Below are positions 1-13,500 of a stretch of DNA of 64,000 bases, piece after piece; within the stretch, counting starts at the first letter, position 1; every line of letters starts with the position of its first letter. The translations under genes were made by a program, and so were the position numbers. Below the pieces are notes generated by a model. It ran no database searches, was not told where the DNA came from, and was given only the letters and a program-made list of their open reading frames with translations. The stretch is from Mobula hypostoma (lineage: Eukaryota): positions 187,366,001-187,430,000 of the forward strand of contig NC_086097.1 of assembly GCF_963921235.1 (NCBI RefSeq). The letters are read 5' to 3'.

Positions 1-1135
1 CACTTTTTGCTTTCCCTACATGACTCCCTTGTCCAATCAAGCTTCCCTACTGATCTCCCTTATAATAAAAACATAAGAACATAAGAAATAGGAGCAGGAG
101 TAGGATATCTGGCCCATCGAGCCTGCCCTGCCATTCAATAAAATCATGGCTGATCTGTCCGTAAACTCAGCTCCATCTACCTGCCTTTTCCCCATAACCC
201 TTAATTCCCTTACTATGTAAAAACCTATCTAACTGTTTCTTAAATATATTTAGTGAAGAAGCCTCAACTGCTTCCCTGGGCAGAAAATTCCACAGATTCA
301 TCACTCTCTGGGAAAAACAGTTTCTTCTCATCTCCTAGCACTTATCCTTGCAAGTGGAACAAGTGCTACACCTGCCCCTACACCACCTCCATCACTACTA
401 TTCAGGGCTTCAAACCATCCTTCCAGGTGAGGGAACACTTCACCTGTGAGTCTGTTGGGGTTATCTACTGTCTCCGTTGCTCCCAGTGTGGTCTTCTGAA
501 TATCAGAGACACCCAGCGTAGATAGGGGGACCACTTCGCCGTGCACCAGAAAAAGCAGTATCTTCCAGTGGCCATCCATTTTTAATCTACTTCCTATTTC
601 CATTCCAACATGTCAGTCCATGGTCTCCTCTACTGCTGCGATGAGGCCACACTCAGGTAGGCAGAGCAAAATTTTATTCTCCATCTGGGTAGCCTCAAAC
701 CTGATAGCATGAACATCGATTTCTCAAACGTCTGGTAATGTTCTCTCCACCACTCTCCTTTACCATACTCCATTCTCATTTCCCTCTCTCACCTTATCTC
801 CTTACCTGCCCATCACCTCCCTCTGGTGCTCCTCCCCCTTCCCTTTCCTCTATGGCCTTTTGTCCTCCTATCAGATTCCCCTTTTTCCAGCCCTTTATCT
901 CTTTCACCAATCGACTTCCCAGCTCTTCACTTCACCCCTGCCACCCCCCCCACCCACCTCGGTTTCACCTATCACCTACTACCTGGTATTTCTTCCTCCC
1001 CTCCCCCATCTTCTTATGACTTCATCTTTTTCTCCAGTCCTGATTAAAGGCTTTGGCACAAAATGCCAACAGTACTCTTTTCCAGCATTCTGTGTGTTGC
1101 TTGGATTTCTAACATTTGCAGATTTTCTCTTGCTG
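1..1135 (+). mobile_element. Penelope-like element (Neptune-type) 3' part: degenerate GIY-YIG endonuclease plus pyrimidine-rich 3' region, interrupted by a CR1 tail
   Basis: Translation 334-525 YPCKWNKCYTCP...FTCESVGVIYCLRCSQCGLL matches the GIY-YIG copies at 20299 and 21161. Decayed hammerhead-like motif at about 1035-1072. Confidence 0.85.
61..333 (-). mobile_element. CR1 (HER1-like) LINE 3' end inserted in the Penelope-like element
   Basis: Reverse complement of the CR1 tail (acataagaacataagaaataggagcaggagtagg...ggctgatc), same as the tail at 46240-46320. Host element resumes at about 334. Confidence 0.8.
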
Positions 1136-1149
1136 CTGATCGTTCCTTG

Positions 1150-1290
1150 ATGAGTCACGATGTCAAAGGTTACGGGAAGAATGCAGGAGAATGGGAATGA
1201 GAGGGATAATGAATCAGCCGCAATGAACTGGCAGATCAGACACGATGGGCCAAATGGCCGGATTCTCCTCCTATGTCTTATGATGTTATA
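1150..1290 (+). mobile_element. CR1 3' end fragment
   Basis: tcaaaggttacggga...atcagcc...gggccaaatggcc...ctcctatgtcttatg tail. Confidence 0.7.
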
Positions 1291-1294
1291 TATG

Positions 1295-1850
1295 AGTACA
1301 ACTGGACAACAGTCATTGAGGAAGCTCACTCAACTCTTCTAGGACACTAGGATGATTGAAGCAGATGGGGACTTCCAACTGCAGCAGTGAGAGATTGAAG
1401 ATGTTGTTGAACACCTCCACTAGTAGATTGGCACAGGTTTTCAGTGCCTACCAGGTACAGCACCAGGGCCTGATGCCTTGCGAGGCTTCATCTTTGATGT
1501 TCTGACATCAATCTCCCAGACCAAGATTACAGGGTCACGAGATGCTGCAGGGATTCACATAGTGTGGTCTTATTCTCCACTTCAAAGTTTGCATAAAAGG
1601 TGATGAGCTCATGTGAAAGTGAAGCATCACAGCCGTTCATGATGTTCGGTTTCACCTTGTAATATGTAATGGTTTGAAAACCCTGCCTAGACTGATGTGC
1701 ATCCGATTCCCTCTATCATTCCCATTGGAACTGCTTTTTCACTCTTAATATAGCATTCTATAGGTATACTACTTGTATCGTTCTTGTATAGGTCTTGAAC
1801 ACTACAGATCTACCCTCAACAGACTGTGAATCTCCTTGGTCATTGAAGTA
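1295..1850 (-). mobile_element. Rex1/Babar-like LINE internal fragment (degenerate)
   Basis: Minus-strand LNDCCPVVL resembles LNDYCPVAL of the Rex1-like RT at 53434-53892. Confidence 0.55.
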
Positions 1851-3057
1851 TCTTAAGCTCTGAGGATTTACATTGAGAAATTCTACAAAGTTTGGGTTAT
1901 ATCTTGAGACACTGATCAGCACTACATGACTCTTCTTTTTACATTGAAGCTCCCAGGTAACGTCCTGCCAGTATCATCTATAGGTAGTTGTGGAGGGATT
2001 GTGCGACTACTTTGTTGCACATTTCTTACCTCCTACAAGTAATATTATCTGCAAGTTTCTTCTGGTTCCTGTCAATAAACATTGGACCATGCTCGCTATC
2101 ATCAGGGAGATATGCTGTAGCCACTTGCATGTAATCAGCACTCTCCAGCAGCTGGTTAAGCGCTAGTGGTATGGTGTCTCTGCGCCTTTAAAATCCTGCT
2201 ATTGCTGTCTCAGGTGTATGGCTAAACGTTGGCAGCTGCAACAAATTCAGTGAACTTTAAACTTATCGCTATAGAAATTGATGAATCCTGGTATCACATG
2301 AGATATCCTGACAGGAGTGTTACTAAACTGTGCAGTGGAACACTGTGCTCCTTTTAGATGTTTATAAACAGTGTCAAGAAGATCAGAAATGGCATCTTAT
2401 TGCCAACAATGAGGTCTTATTTGTCTGTTTTTAAGTATTTTATGTTCTACTTATCCACAATGCACTCCACAAACACATGGTAACTTTGGAGTTATGCTAT
2501 TGGATGGTGTTCCTTTGTTTTAAGACTATTTCTTTGTGGGTCAGACATTCTTTTGATCATCTAGTGAAAACCAGTAACAACAACAGAAAATGGTGGAAAC
2601 GTAGAGTTGTTCAGACATCATTGCAGGGAGACAGACTGAGAAACAGAGTCAATATTTCAGATGAAGGATTTGCAATATCTGCTGATTTTTGGATCAAAAA
2701 AAACATTAATGTGTAATGGAAAATCTGTTTAACCCTAGACGGGGAAAGGTTTAATATTACATTCTTGTCTTGGAATCTTATCATCCATTAGGAAATTTAA
2801 CTCTCAACATTTTGTGGGACTTCTCATGTTGATTTCACCATATTTATGCTATAAACTTCCACTAGCTGACATCAACAATAGTGCAATGCCATTAGCATTA
2901 ACTTCAACATCAGAATTCTGAAAACCGGGTTGCGCTGATGTCATCATCCAGAATGGCAGCTTAAATCAACAGCTCCTCCAGAAGAACGCATATTTTGCCC
3001 TGTTAATCCATCAAGTATAAGATCTTCCGAAAATATTTGAATTGATAAGGGGGGCAA

Positions 3058-4065
3058 GAACGGGGAAAAAGAATGGAGATAAAAAAAGCATCACTGTGGA
3101 GCCTATGGAAGAGAAAGGTGCACGCGCGGCTCTCCTACACATGCGCCTGGTGGCGAAGCTGACGCTAGGCCTCGTTCAGGCAAAGCGGCAAATATGATAA
3201 GGATTTTGGAAGAGATAAGGGAAGTCCAAAAAGATATAAAACCGTAACTCAATGATATCAAGTCAGAGCTCACCAACGTCAATCAGAAAATAGAGGTGGC
3301 AGAGACTGGAATTAGGAAGGTGGAAGATCACGTGCAAAAGGTGGAACGGATACGAAGTAGGACAATAAAAATATTAAATCAACAGGAAAGTAAATTTTTG
3401 ACCAGGAGGGAAGATTGCAACGGAAAAATATCAGGATTTATAATGTTCCCGAAGGAGCGGAGGGTTTGTTGACGGCGGAGTTTGTGGAAAAGTTGCTGCG
3501 GGAAGCGCTGCAAATTCCCCCAACTATGGAGATTTAAACTGAGAGGACACATCATGCGCTTGTCCCAAGGCCTCCCAGAGACAGAGAAAGTAAGCCACGC
3601 TCGATAGTACTTAGATTGCTTCAGTTCAAGAGCAACGCGGAGATTCTACGGAGGGCCTGGGGTAAGAAGAGGGTGTTTTGGAACGGGAAGTTAATATACT
3701 TCGTTCATGATTACCCCCCGGTGGTCCTACAGAAATGGAAGGAATGTTCTGAAGCGAAACGAATATTAAAGCAAGAAAAGATTAAATTCCAAACCCCGTA
3801 CCCTGCTAAACTGAGAGTATTTTACGAAGGAGAGATACAGCTATATCAGACAGTGGAAGAGGCAACTACAGACATGAACAACAGATGACTGCCCGTTAGT
3901 GTGGTCAAACCAAGGGAAAGTCTGGCTGAGCAGTTATCCCGATCTGCTTGGGAAATAGTAAGAGAACCGAGAAAGTAGGGGATGGGAAGAGGACAAGAGA
4001 AAGATATTAAAAAGAGACTGGGAGTTCTCTGAAGACAGCCCTCATCTCCTCCAGAAGAGCCATAA
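3058..4065 (+). pseudogene. L1 ORF1 (RNA-binding/chaperone) pseudogene
   Basis: Fragment 3616-3888 (YFVHDYP...FQTPYPAKLRVF) resembles the L1 ORF1 C-terminal domain. Several stops and frameshifts; ends approximate. Confidence 0.75.
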
Positions 4066-4517
4066 GGTTTGGCTAACTTTCAAAGTGCTGATAAATTAAA
4101 CAGAAGCAAAAATAGACGGTGATATACCTATCTCAAGAAATATGTATTATAATGTGGATTTTATATTATTCATTTTTTTAATTCATTTATTCACTCCTTT
4201 TTCCCCACCTAAATGAGAACATATACATGGGATGAATACACAGCGAAATTATTTCTGTGTAATGGACATAGATTTTTTTACATACCTTTATAGGTACTGC
4301 AGCAGGGGCCCTCAATTCACAGTTAGGAGGGGCTATCCCCCACGGCTAAACATTTCCTCTAGCTCAACCCAGGGTTATCTAGAGACCCCAGCTTTGGAAT
4401 CACAATTTTGTTACCTTTTTTTCATTATTCGCGTTTCTTGGTTCTTATTTGTTCAGGGAGTAGATTGATTAAGTTATATTCTGCAAATTTCAATGATATA
4501 CTAACAGATAAAAGCAC

Positions 4518-7500
4518 ATGGCTAAGGACAAAGTAAAATTCATTTCTTTTGATGTCAATGGACTGTTGAATCCAATCAAACAAAGTAAAATTCTATCAAA
4601 AATGAAAAAAGAACAAGTCCATGCAGTATATTCACAGGAATCTCATTTAAGTGATAATGAGCATGGAAAATTAAAGAGAATAGGCTTCACTAATTTGTTT
4701 TTCTCCTCATATAAATCAGGACCTAGAAGAGGAGTTGCTATTCTCATCTCAAGCAAGCTAAATTTTGAAAAAGTATTCGAAATGGGAGATAAGGAGGGCA
4801 GATATATTCTGGTAAGGGGGAATATAGACGGAAATCCAGTTACTTTATTGAATATATAAGCACCCCCTGGAAGTGATATTAGTTTCTTCCAGAAAATTAC
4901 TAATATTATGGTAATAGAAACAGAAGGTCTCTTGATATGTGGGTGAGACTTAAATTTACAATTGCAACCAAAGTTAGAATCTTCCAACAGAAAAACTTAT
5001 GAAACAAAATCCTTACATAAAAAAGTTAACACTCTTTTTGAGGATGTTGATCTAATTGATATATGGAGGAATCTTTTCCCCGATAGAAGGGATTACACTC
5101 ATTATTCTGCCCCCCCCCCCCATTCGGTATATGCAAGAATAGACTATTGCATAACATTTGGAAAAGATAAAGACAAAATAAACACCTGTGGAATTGGGAC
5201 AATAGATGCAAGTGACCATGCACCTATATATTTATCTGTTGATTTTGACCTACAACCAAAGAATACTATTTAGAAACTAAATTCAAGTCTACTCAATGAT
5301 CCCTATTTTAAGGAACAAATTAAAAAAGGAATTGGTCTTTACTTAGAATTCAATGATAATGGAGAGGTTTCATCTCCCATTCTATGGGATACTATGAAGG
5401 CTGTTTTAAGAGGGAAAATTTTAGCGATATCTTCATATAAGAAAAAAATAAGGAATAAAACATTAGAGGAATTACAAAATAAGATGAAGGAACTAGGAAA
5501 AAACAGAAATTGAGTTTGGCACAGGATAAACTAGAGGAAATGATAAAAATTAGGAATGAAATTAATAGTTTGGCTGCACAAGAAATTAGAAAAAAATTAA
5601 TGCTTCTGAAACAGAGACACTATGAAGGTGGATCTAAATCTATGAAAATACTGGCGTGGATACTGAAAAAAAAAGATAGCAGAAAATATAATTCATTGAA
5701 TTAGGGATCCAAGAACAAAAGTGATAAAAAAGATAAGTTAAGTGAAATTCAAGAAACTTTTGCAATGTTTTACAAAACTCTATATTCCAAAACTCCAGGG
5801 GAAGCATAGCCCAGATTGACATCTTCCTGAATTCTTCAGAGCTACCCACTTTAAGCAAAGAACAAAATAGAACGATGACTGCTGACAAAACTGAAGTTGA
5901 ACTAAAAACTGCAATTAGTAGGCTTAAATTAAGCAAGTCACCAGGATCAGATGGATATACAGCAGAGTGGTACAAGGAATTTAGAAATGAATTAATTCCT
6001 GTTTTGCTCCCCACACTGAACTGTGCTCTAAGAAAGGTGCGAATGCCACCCAGCTGGAAGGAGGCGATAATCTCAGCTATACCGAAAGAAGGCAAAGATA
6101 AAATGGAATATGGGTCATTTAGACCAATATCCGTTCTTAATGTGGATTATAGATTATTTACCTCCATCATGGCCAAGCGATAAGAAGAGTTTCTACCCAC
6201 ACTGATACATAATGATCAGACAGGTTTTATACAACACCACGAAACACAAGGTAATATACAAAGGACAATTCACATTATGGATCATATACGAAAAAATGAA
6301 ATTGAAGCAATAGTGATAAGCGTGGACGCTGAAAAGGCATTTGATTCAGCTAATTTGGAATTTCTTTTACAGAGTTTTACATAGATTTGGTCTACATGAC
6401 ACAATTATTAAAACTATACAGGCACTATATGACAATCCTACTGCTAGGATTAAAATCAATGGATATTTATCTAATAGTTTTACCCTAGAAAGGGGCACGA
6501 GACAGGGTTGTGCATGGTCACCGCTACTCTTCACATTATATCAGGAACCATTAGCTCGATACATCAGACAAAATGAAGATATCAGGGAAATTACTATTGA
6601 AGGGACAGAGCATAAATTGACCTGTACACGGATGACATTTTGATCTATCTAGGGCAACCAACAGACTCTTTACCGAAATTGATGAAATCCTTTGAACAAT
6701 ATGGCCAATTATCAGGATACAAGATCAACATAGATAAAACCCAACTACTTTCATATAACTATAGCCCACCAAGAGAAATTGAAAGTAGATATGCTTGGGC
6801 ATGGCAAACAGAGTCTGTCAAATATTTGGACATCATTATGCCAAAAGATTTGGCAAAATTATCAGAATTTAATTATCAGCCTATATAAATAAAAAAATTA
6901 AGGAAGATCTAACAAAATGGAACCTAATTCCTCTTCTTGGTCTCAGTTCAAGGATGAATCTATTAAAATGAATATTCTGCCTAGATTATCTCTTTCAGAC
7001 CCCACCAATAGAGATTAACCAAAATCAATTCAATGAATGGAACAAGATGCTATCAAGATATATATGGCAAGGTAAAAGGCCGAGAATTTGTCTCAAAACT
7101 TTGCAATTAAACAAGGAAAAGGAGGGATGGGGCCTACCTTCTCTTAGAGATTACTATTTTGCAGCACAGTTGAGAGCTGTGATATGTTGGTGCTCAATGG
7201 AAAAACATTGAAGAGAGGATACTTTCCATCCCTATACAGGCAATTTTGGCTGATAACAACCTACAAAGTTACATAAATACTATTGATAACCCAAGGGTGA
7301 AATGGACTCTTAAGATATGGAGAACTATTATAAAAGAATATAAACTAGAGAGAAACATTGCAATGCTTAAAAATGATGTGCATATGACTCGGATTTTACG
7401 CCGAACAATCTGGATGCTAGATTTAAGGACTGGACAGCTAAAGGAATAATAGCTGTTTGCAATATAATGAAAGAAGGGACACTGTTCAGTTTTGAAATGC

Positions 7501-8309
7501 TCGAAGAGAAACACTTATTAGAAAAACAAGACTTTTTCAATATTTACAGATGCGACAGTATGTTAATAGGATGGTTAAAAATGTAATCAAGGCAAATACA
7601 TGTTTGAGAGAGCTATTTAGAAAAGCATATAATTCAGACAACGGTAGTAGAATAATTTCAAGCGTGTATAAGGGCTTATCAAATCTTAAAACACATTTGA
7701 CTTCATACATTAAAACAAAATGGGAGAAGTAAAGAGGGATAATAGTATCTGAGGAAGAATGGACAATAATATGGAGGTATCAATGGAAGTGTACCAGTTC
7801 ACAGGAATGGAGGGAGTTCGGGTGGAAAAACTTGATAAGGTATTTTATTTCACCCTCTCAGAATTTCCATTATGATAGTAACCTCCCTGTTTGCTGGAGA
7901 AATTATGGAAATCAAAATGCAAACCATTATCATATTTTCTGGGAATGCCCCGTTATCAAAGACTATTGGAGTGGGATACATAATGCCCTACAAGACATCT
8001 TCAAATGTGAAATACCCTTAGAAAGTAAGACCATATATTTTGGGTATATACCTCAAGAATAGTTGAAAATCGGTAAATATTTAATGAATATATTGCTGAT
8101 GGCTGGTAAAAAGTCCCTTACCAGGAAATGGTTATCACAGGAGAGCCCAACTTTAAATGTATGGTTGGAAATTACAATGTACATTTACAAAATGGAGAAG
8201 ATAATAACATCTGTTAATCATAAGTTGGAATAATTTGATTCATACTGGGGAAAGTGGTTTAATTACATAACACCTCATAGGCCTGATTTTATTCTCACAA
8301 GTCAATGAA
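4518..8309 (+). pseudogene. L1 ORF2 (APE endonuclease-RT-zinc knuckle) pseudogene
   Basis: Fragments with ISFDVNGL, QESH, ARIDY, SDHAP, KSPGSDG, FRPISVLN, GTRQGCAWSPLLF, CWR...HIFWEC; many stops and frameshifts. Confidence 0.9.
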
Positions 8310-10544
8310 TATGTTGTAAAAAAAAAATCACTCCCTACTTTGTACATAGTTTTCTTCTTTTGTTCTTTCTTTCCTCTCCTTTCTGTAAGTATATACCTCA
8401 GATAAATATTATGTGGAGATTTGTGACAAATATGACTATATGATATATATGCCCAGTATCTGAAATACATCTTAAAGAAAGTTTTGTTTGATGATGAACT
8501 TCAATAAAAAATAAATTACAAAAAAAGTATTCTGAAAACCATGTTCTCATTTATTCACTGAACAAATTGGTTTTGATAGCACATTTCCCCTGAAGCTATG
8601 CTATCTGAAGAACCAACATGCAAACTGTTTTCCTTGTCCTCACCAAGATTTGTGACATCCTGTCTTGTCATATGCAGCTTCACGTGTGCCTGGACTGTTT
8701 TCCTCATGAAAGGAGGTCAAGGTCACTGGTGCCACTGACAATCCCCTGTGTGGTAGAGTATGCTACTCACTATGGTAGTGGAGATGCCACCAAAGCTCTA
8801 TAGTCAAGGAAATAAGACTTTGTTTATTTATTCTTCAATTGGCAGAAGAAGACATGTGATTTTACTTGTGTTGCCAACATCACAAAATTACTAGGGTCTA
8901 ATTTAAGCTCCGTAGGTCTCATTGGCTCTCTGAATGAAAAATGTATCTTCTGTGAGAACAAATTAGTTTCCCATTGATCCACCAATCTCATTACATGAAG
9001 CATTCATTAAAAAAAAACAAGCCCCAGTAGCTTGAAGTATACTGCTTGGATTGTGACACAGTCCTTTAAGAACTGGCTTTTGAGGCCATGGCTAAGAACT
9101 TGTAATAGAACAGCAGAGTAGCATTGCAAGAAACTGGCAGACCGTAGTGTTATATAGGGCAGACCATCTGAGTGGTACCGTGAACCTCACAATTGAAAAT
9201 CACAGTCCAGGTGGGACTTTTACTGACAGCCATGATATTCATTGGTGATATAGGTTGAACACCTTTTAAAAGTACTGAAGTAGTTTCTCATTTGTATCTT
9301 CAATTTCCTACTCTGTCTCAGGTTGCTTATCTACATGGGTGAAAGATTAACTCAATATTATCTCTGCTTAAAGTGCAGAAAAGGCTAAACAAATTACTGT
9401 GGAATTTTGGTATCCTTCTGTAATTTGTTATCAGTTGTAAGATTATGTTGCAGTGTGACCGAGATTAATCAAAGTAGCATTTAAATCCGAGGTAAGACAA
9501 CTTATAAATGGCATTATCTGTTCCAGAATGTTTCCAGGAGTACTAAGGAATTAGTTTTTAGACCTCCATTTCATTTTGAAACCATAATTCTTTTATTATT
9601 AAGTGAAAACATGGATCATTACAGGGGAGCAGAAAACCCATGACATAAAACACAAAAATACAGCACTGTAATCTTGATTTGTTCATTGCCGTGTATCTAT
9701 GGAACACAAATGAGACCAGAACTAGGTCATATTTTATCAATGATCACCTCTAAACATCCCTAAATGTATCAAAAGATTTCTTTCCATGATTCCTTTTAAA
9801 GCTTTGTCAGGGAAATTTCTGCACTGTCCTATGGAGTGCCTGTCACTTGTCAGTCCTGGAACAGCAAAAGTGTTAGTCCAGGTCTGGACTTCATTCAGTT
9901 TACTTCCATGCTGACCCATCCAATAGACTTCCAACAGCAAAATTCGTCAGAAAAACAAGCCAGTGTTGAATCCTCATGTTCCTGAGATACCGTATGTAAC
10001 TATTTCTTAAGAGGATGGATTGCTGAAATATCCTCTTAAAAAATGTATAGTGTCCTGGCCATGCAATGACTATTGCTTTTCATAGATGTATTTCTTAACA
10101 AGCTTAATTATTGCATCAAATTTGTATCAGTTCCTATACATTTTAATCAATCTTAAATGAATTTTCATATCTGATAACTCCTTTTTTCACCACAACTATC
10201 ATCTTTGGGACCCGACACAAATGAAACAACATAACTCCCAGTTGTACCCTCTATCACTACCCTCACTTTAGATTTGAATCACAAATCACTATTTGATAAA
10301 ATCTTCTAAGCACCTTTCTCGTCAGTGTCTAATATCAGCTGCTTCAGTCCCCTTATTGGTGTCAAAATCTGCCTGTGCTTCAGTTCAACTGCTTTCATAA
10401 ACTTTGTTAATGATTTCCAAGCAGATTTAGGGGCATGAGTCAATTAACTCTTCGTGATATGCAACTTATCAGATGAGTTAGAGATGGCACATCACCGTCT
10501 GGGAAGAGCAGATCTCAAGTACTGAATCACTCACCAGTTTATAC

Positions 10545-13500
10545 CATAGAAACATAGAAAACCTACAGCACAATACAGGCCCTTCAGCCCACAAAGTTGT
10601 GCTGAACATGATCCTACCTTAAAAATTACTAGGGTTACCCATAGCCCTCTATTTTTCTAAGCTTCATGTACCTATCCAAAAGTCTCTTAAAAGATCCTAT
10701 CGTATCTGCCTCTACCACCGTTGCCAGCAGCCCATTCCACGCACTCACCACTCTCTGTGTAAAAATACTTACCCCTGACATCTCTTCTGTACCTGCTCCC
10801 AAGCACTTTAAACCTGTGCACTCTTGTGTCAGCCACTTCAGCCCTGGGAAAAAGCCTGTGACTACCCACACGATCAATGTCTTTCATCATCTTATACACC
10901 TCTATCAGATGTCTCATTCTCCGTCGCTACAAGGAGATAAGGCCGAGTTCACTCAACCTGTTTTCAAAAGACATGCTCCCCAATCCAGGCAACCTCTTTG
11001 TAAATCTACTCTGCACCCTTTCTATTGTTTCCACATCCTTCCTGTTGTGAGGCAAACAGAATTGAGCACGGTACTTCAAGTGGGTTCTGAACAGGGTCCT
11101 ATATAGCTGCAACATTACCTCTCAGCTCCTAAACTCAATTCCATGATTGATGAAGGCCAATACACCATATGCTTTCTTCTTTCAAATCTTTATTGTATAT
11201 ATATATATATAGGAAAAATAACATGAGTACACCGAAGTAACAACACTTACAATGCCTCAAAAAAAACCATCGTCTTAAAGATTGAAAACAAAATTTTGTG
11301 ATAACTGGGCAGAAAAGTGAGAAAAAAAAAAGAACCCATTAGGTGTACAACCCCGGAGCCATGCGTCATACCAAAAGCTTCTAAAAATAAACATCAAACC
11401 GCCAGCAAGGAAAGAAAATATACTAAAAGAATTTACAATTAGGTCATGGAAAAATTATATCAATTAACTCAAATGATAACAACGAGCAAATGAGCCCCAT
11501 CTTTTCTCAAGATCAAATAAAGGTTCAAAGGTTCGACTTCTAATTTTCTCCAAACTAAGACATAGCATCACTTGAGAGAACCATTGTGACAAAGTGGGAG
11601 CTGATGTATCCTTCCACTTCAACAAAATGGCCCTCCTAGCTATCAATGTAACAAATGCAATAACATGTTGGTCAGACACAGAAATACCATGAATATTTTG
11701 AGGAACTATTCCAAAAAGCACAGTTAATTTATTAGGTTGTAAATTAATTTTAAGTGCTTCAGAAATTGTTGAGAAAACCAACTTCCAGAACTGTTCCAAT
11801 ATAGAACAAGACCAAAACATATGTGTCAGTGTAGCTATCTCAGTTATACATCTATCACAATGACTATCAACATTAGGAAAGATTTTAGAAAGTCTCTCCT
11901 TTGTCAAATGATAACGATGTACAATTTTAAATTGAATCAATGAATGGCTAGCACAAATTGAAGAAGAGTTAACCAACTTCAATATCCGCATCCAATCCAT
12001 CGTCATAAAAGTCAAATTAAATTCCTTTTGCCAATCCTGTTTAATCTTATACAAAGGACGCTTATCCCATTGTAATAATAAATTATAAATTCTTCCAATA
12101 GAACTCTTAATCAAAGGATTCATACTCATAATAGTATCTAACAGGTCAGCCTCCAATATGTAAGGGAAATTACTTAAATATTTTTGTAAAAACTGTCTAA
12201 CTTGAAGGTATTGCAGAAAGTGTGAGTATGAAAGAGAATATTTATCAGTTAACTGTTCAAAGGACATCAATCTATCTTCTTTAAATAAATCCAAAAAAGA
12301 ATTAATACCTTTATTTTTCCAAAGTAGAAAAATTGGATCACTCAAAGAAGGCTTAAAAAAGTATTTTCGGTAAAGTAAACTACAAAGTTTAAATTTTTTA
12401 AGATTAAAAGAATTGCAGAACTGGACCCAAATTTGTAAAGAATACTTAATCACAGGATATAAGTTTAAATTAACAACTTTACCTAATTGCATAGGTAAAG
12501 GAGCCCCCAATAACGAAGTTAAATAAAACTGTTTTACAACTTTTAGTTCCAGATCTACCCAAATTGGTCGATCACTCTTATCAACCCAGTATAAACAAAA
12601 AGACATATATTGCAGATTAACAGCCCAATAATACATTCTAAAATTAGGCAAAGCAAGACCTCCATCCTTTTTCAATTTTTGTAAATGACGTTTACTAATT
12701 CTTGGTCTTCTATTATTCCAAATAAATAATAGAATCAATCCGATCAAAGAACTTCCTAGTCAAAAAAACAGGAATATTCTGAAATAAATATAAAAATTTC
12801 GGTAGAATCATCATTTTAACTATATGAATACAACCAACAAGTGAAAATGTAAGTGGACACCACATACTTTCTTAACCACAGAGTCAACCTGCGCAGCTAC
12901 TTTGAGCGTCCTATGGACTCAGACCCCAAGATCCCTCTGATCCTCCGCACTGCCAAGAGTCTTACCATTAATACTATATTCTGCCATCATATTTGACCTA
13001 CCAAAATGAAGCACTTCACACTTATCTGGGTTGAACTCCATCTGCCACATCCCAGCCCAGTTTTGCATCCTATCATTGTCCCGCTGTAACCTCTGACAGC
13101 TCTGTACACTATCCACAACACCCCCAACCTTTGTGTCATCAGCAAACCTACTAACCCATCCTTCCAGTTCCTCATCCAGGTCATTTACAAAAATCACGAA
13201 GATTAAGGGTTCCAGAATAGATCCCTGAGGTACATCACTACTCACCAACCTCCATACAGAATATGACCCATCTACAACTACTCTTTGCCTTCTGTGAGCA
13301 AGCCAGTTCTGGATCCACAAAGCAATGTCCCCTTGGATCCCATTCCTCCTTACTTTCTCAATAAGCCTTGCATGGGGTACCTAATCAAATGTACCTCTGC
13401 TATTTCCTCCGGTTCCATACACACTTTCCCACTGTCACACTTGATAAGTCCTATACTTTCACGTCTTATCCTCTTGCTCTTCACATACTTGTAGAATGCC

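Larger units (their letters stand above)
2927..8525 (+). mobile_element. Full-length but inactivated L1-clade LINE
   Basis: ORF1 and ORF2 remnants, AATAAA near 8503, A-tail, 15-bp TSD with 1 mismatch (agaattctgaaaacc 2912-2926 / agtattctgaaaacc 8526-8540). Confidence 0.92.

Noticed and set aside
738..1150. Pro/Ser/Leu/Phe-rich ORFs (also 18225-18575, 20561-21086, 22761-23412, 24145-24767)
   Set aside because: Stop-poor purine/pyrimidine-skewed UTRs of Penelope-like elements, not genes.
9322..9497. Acceptor (tgtctcag) and donor (gag|gtaaga) pair suggesting an exon
   Set aside because: No convincing reading frame or partner exon; such motifs are expected by chance.
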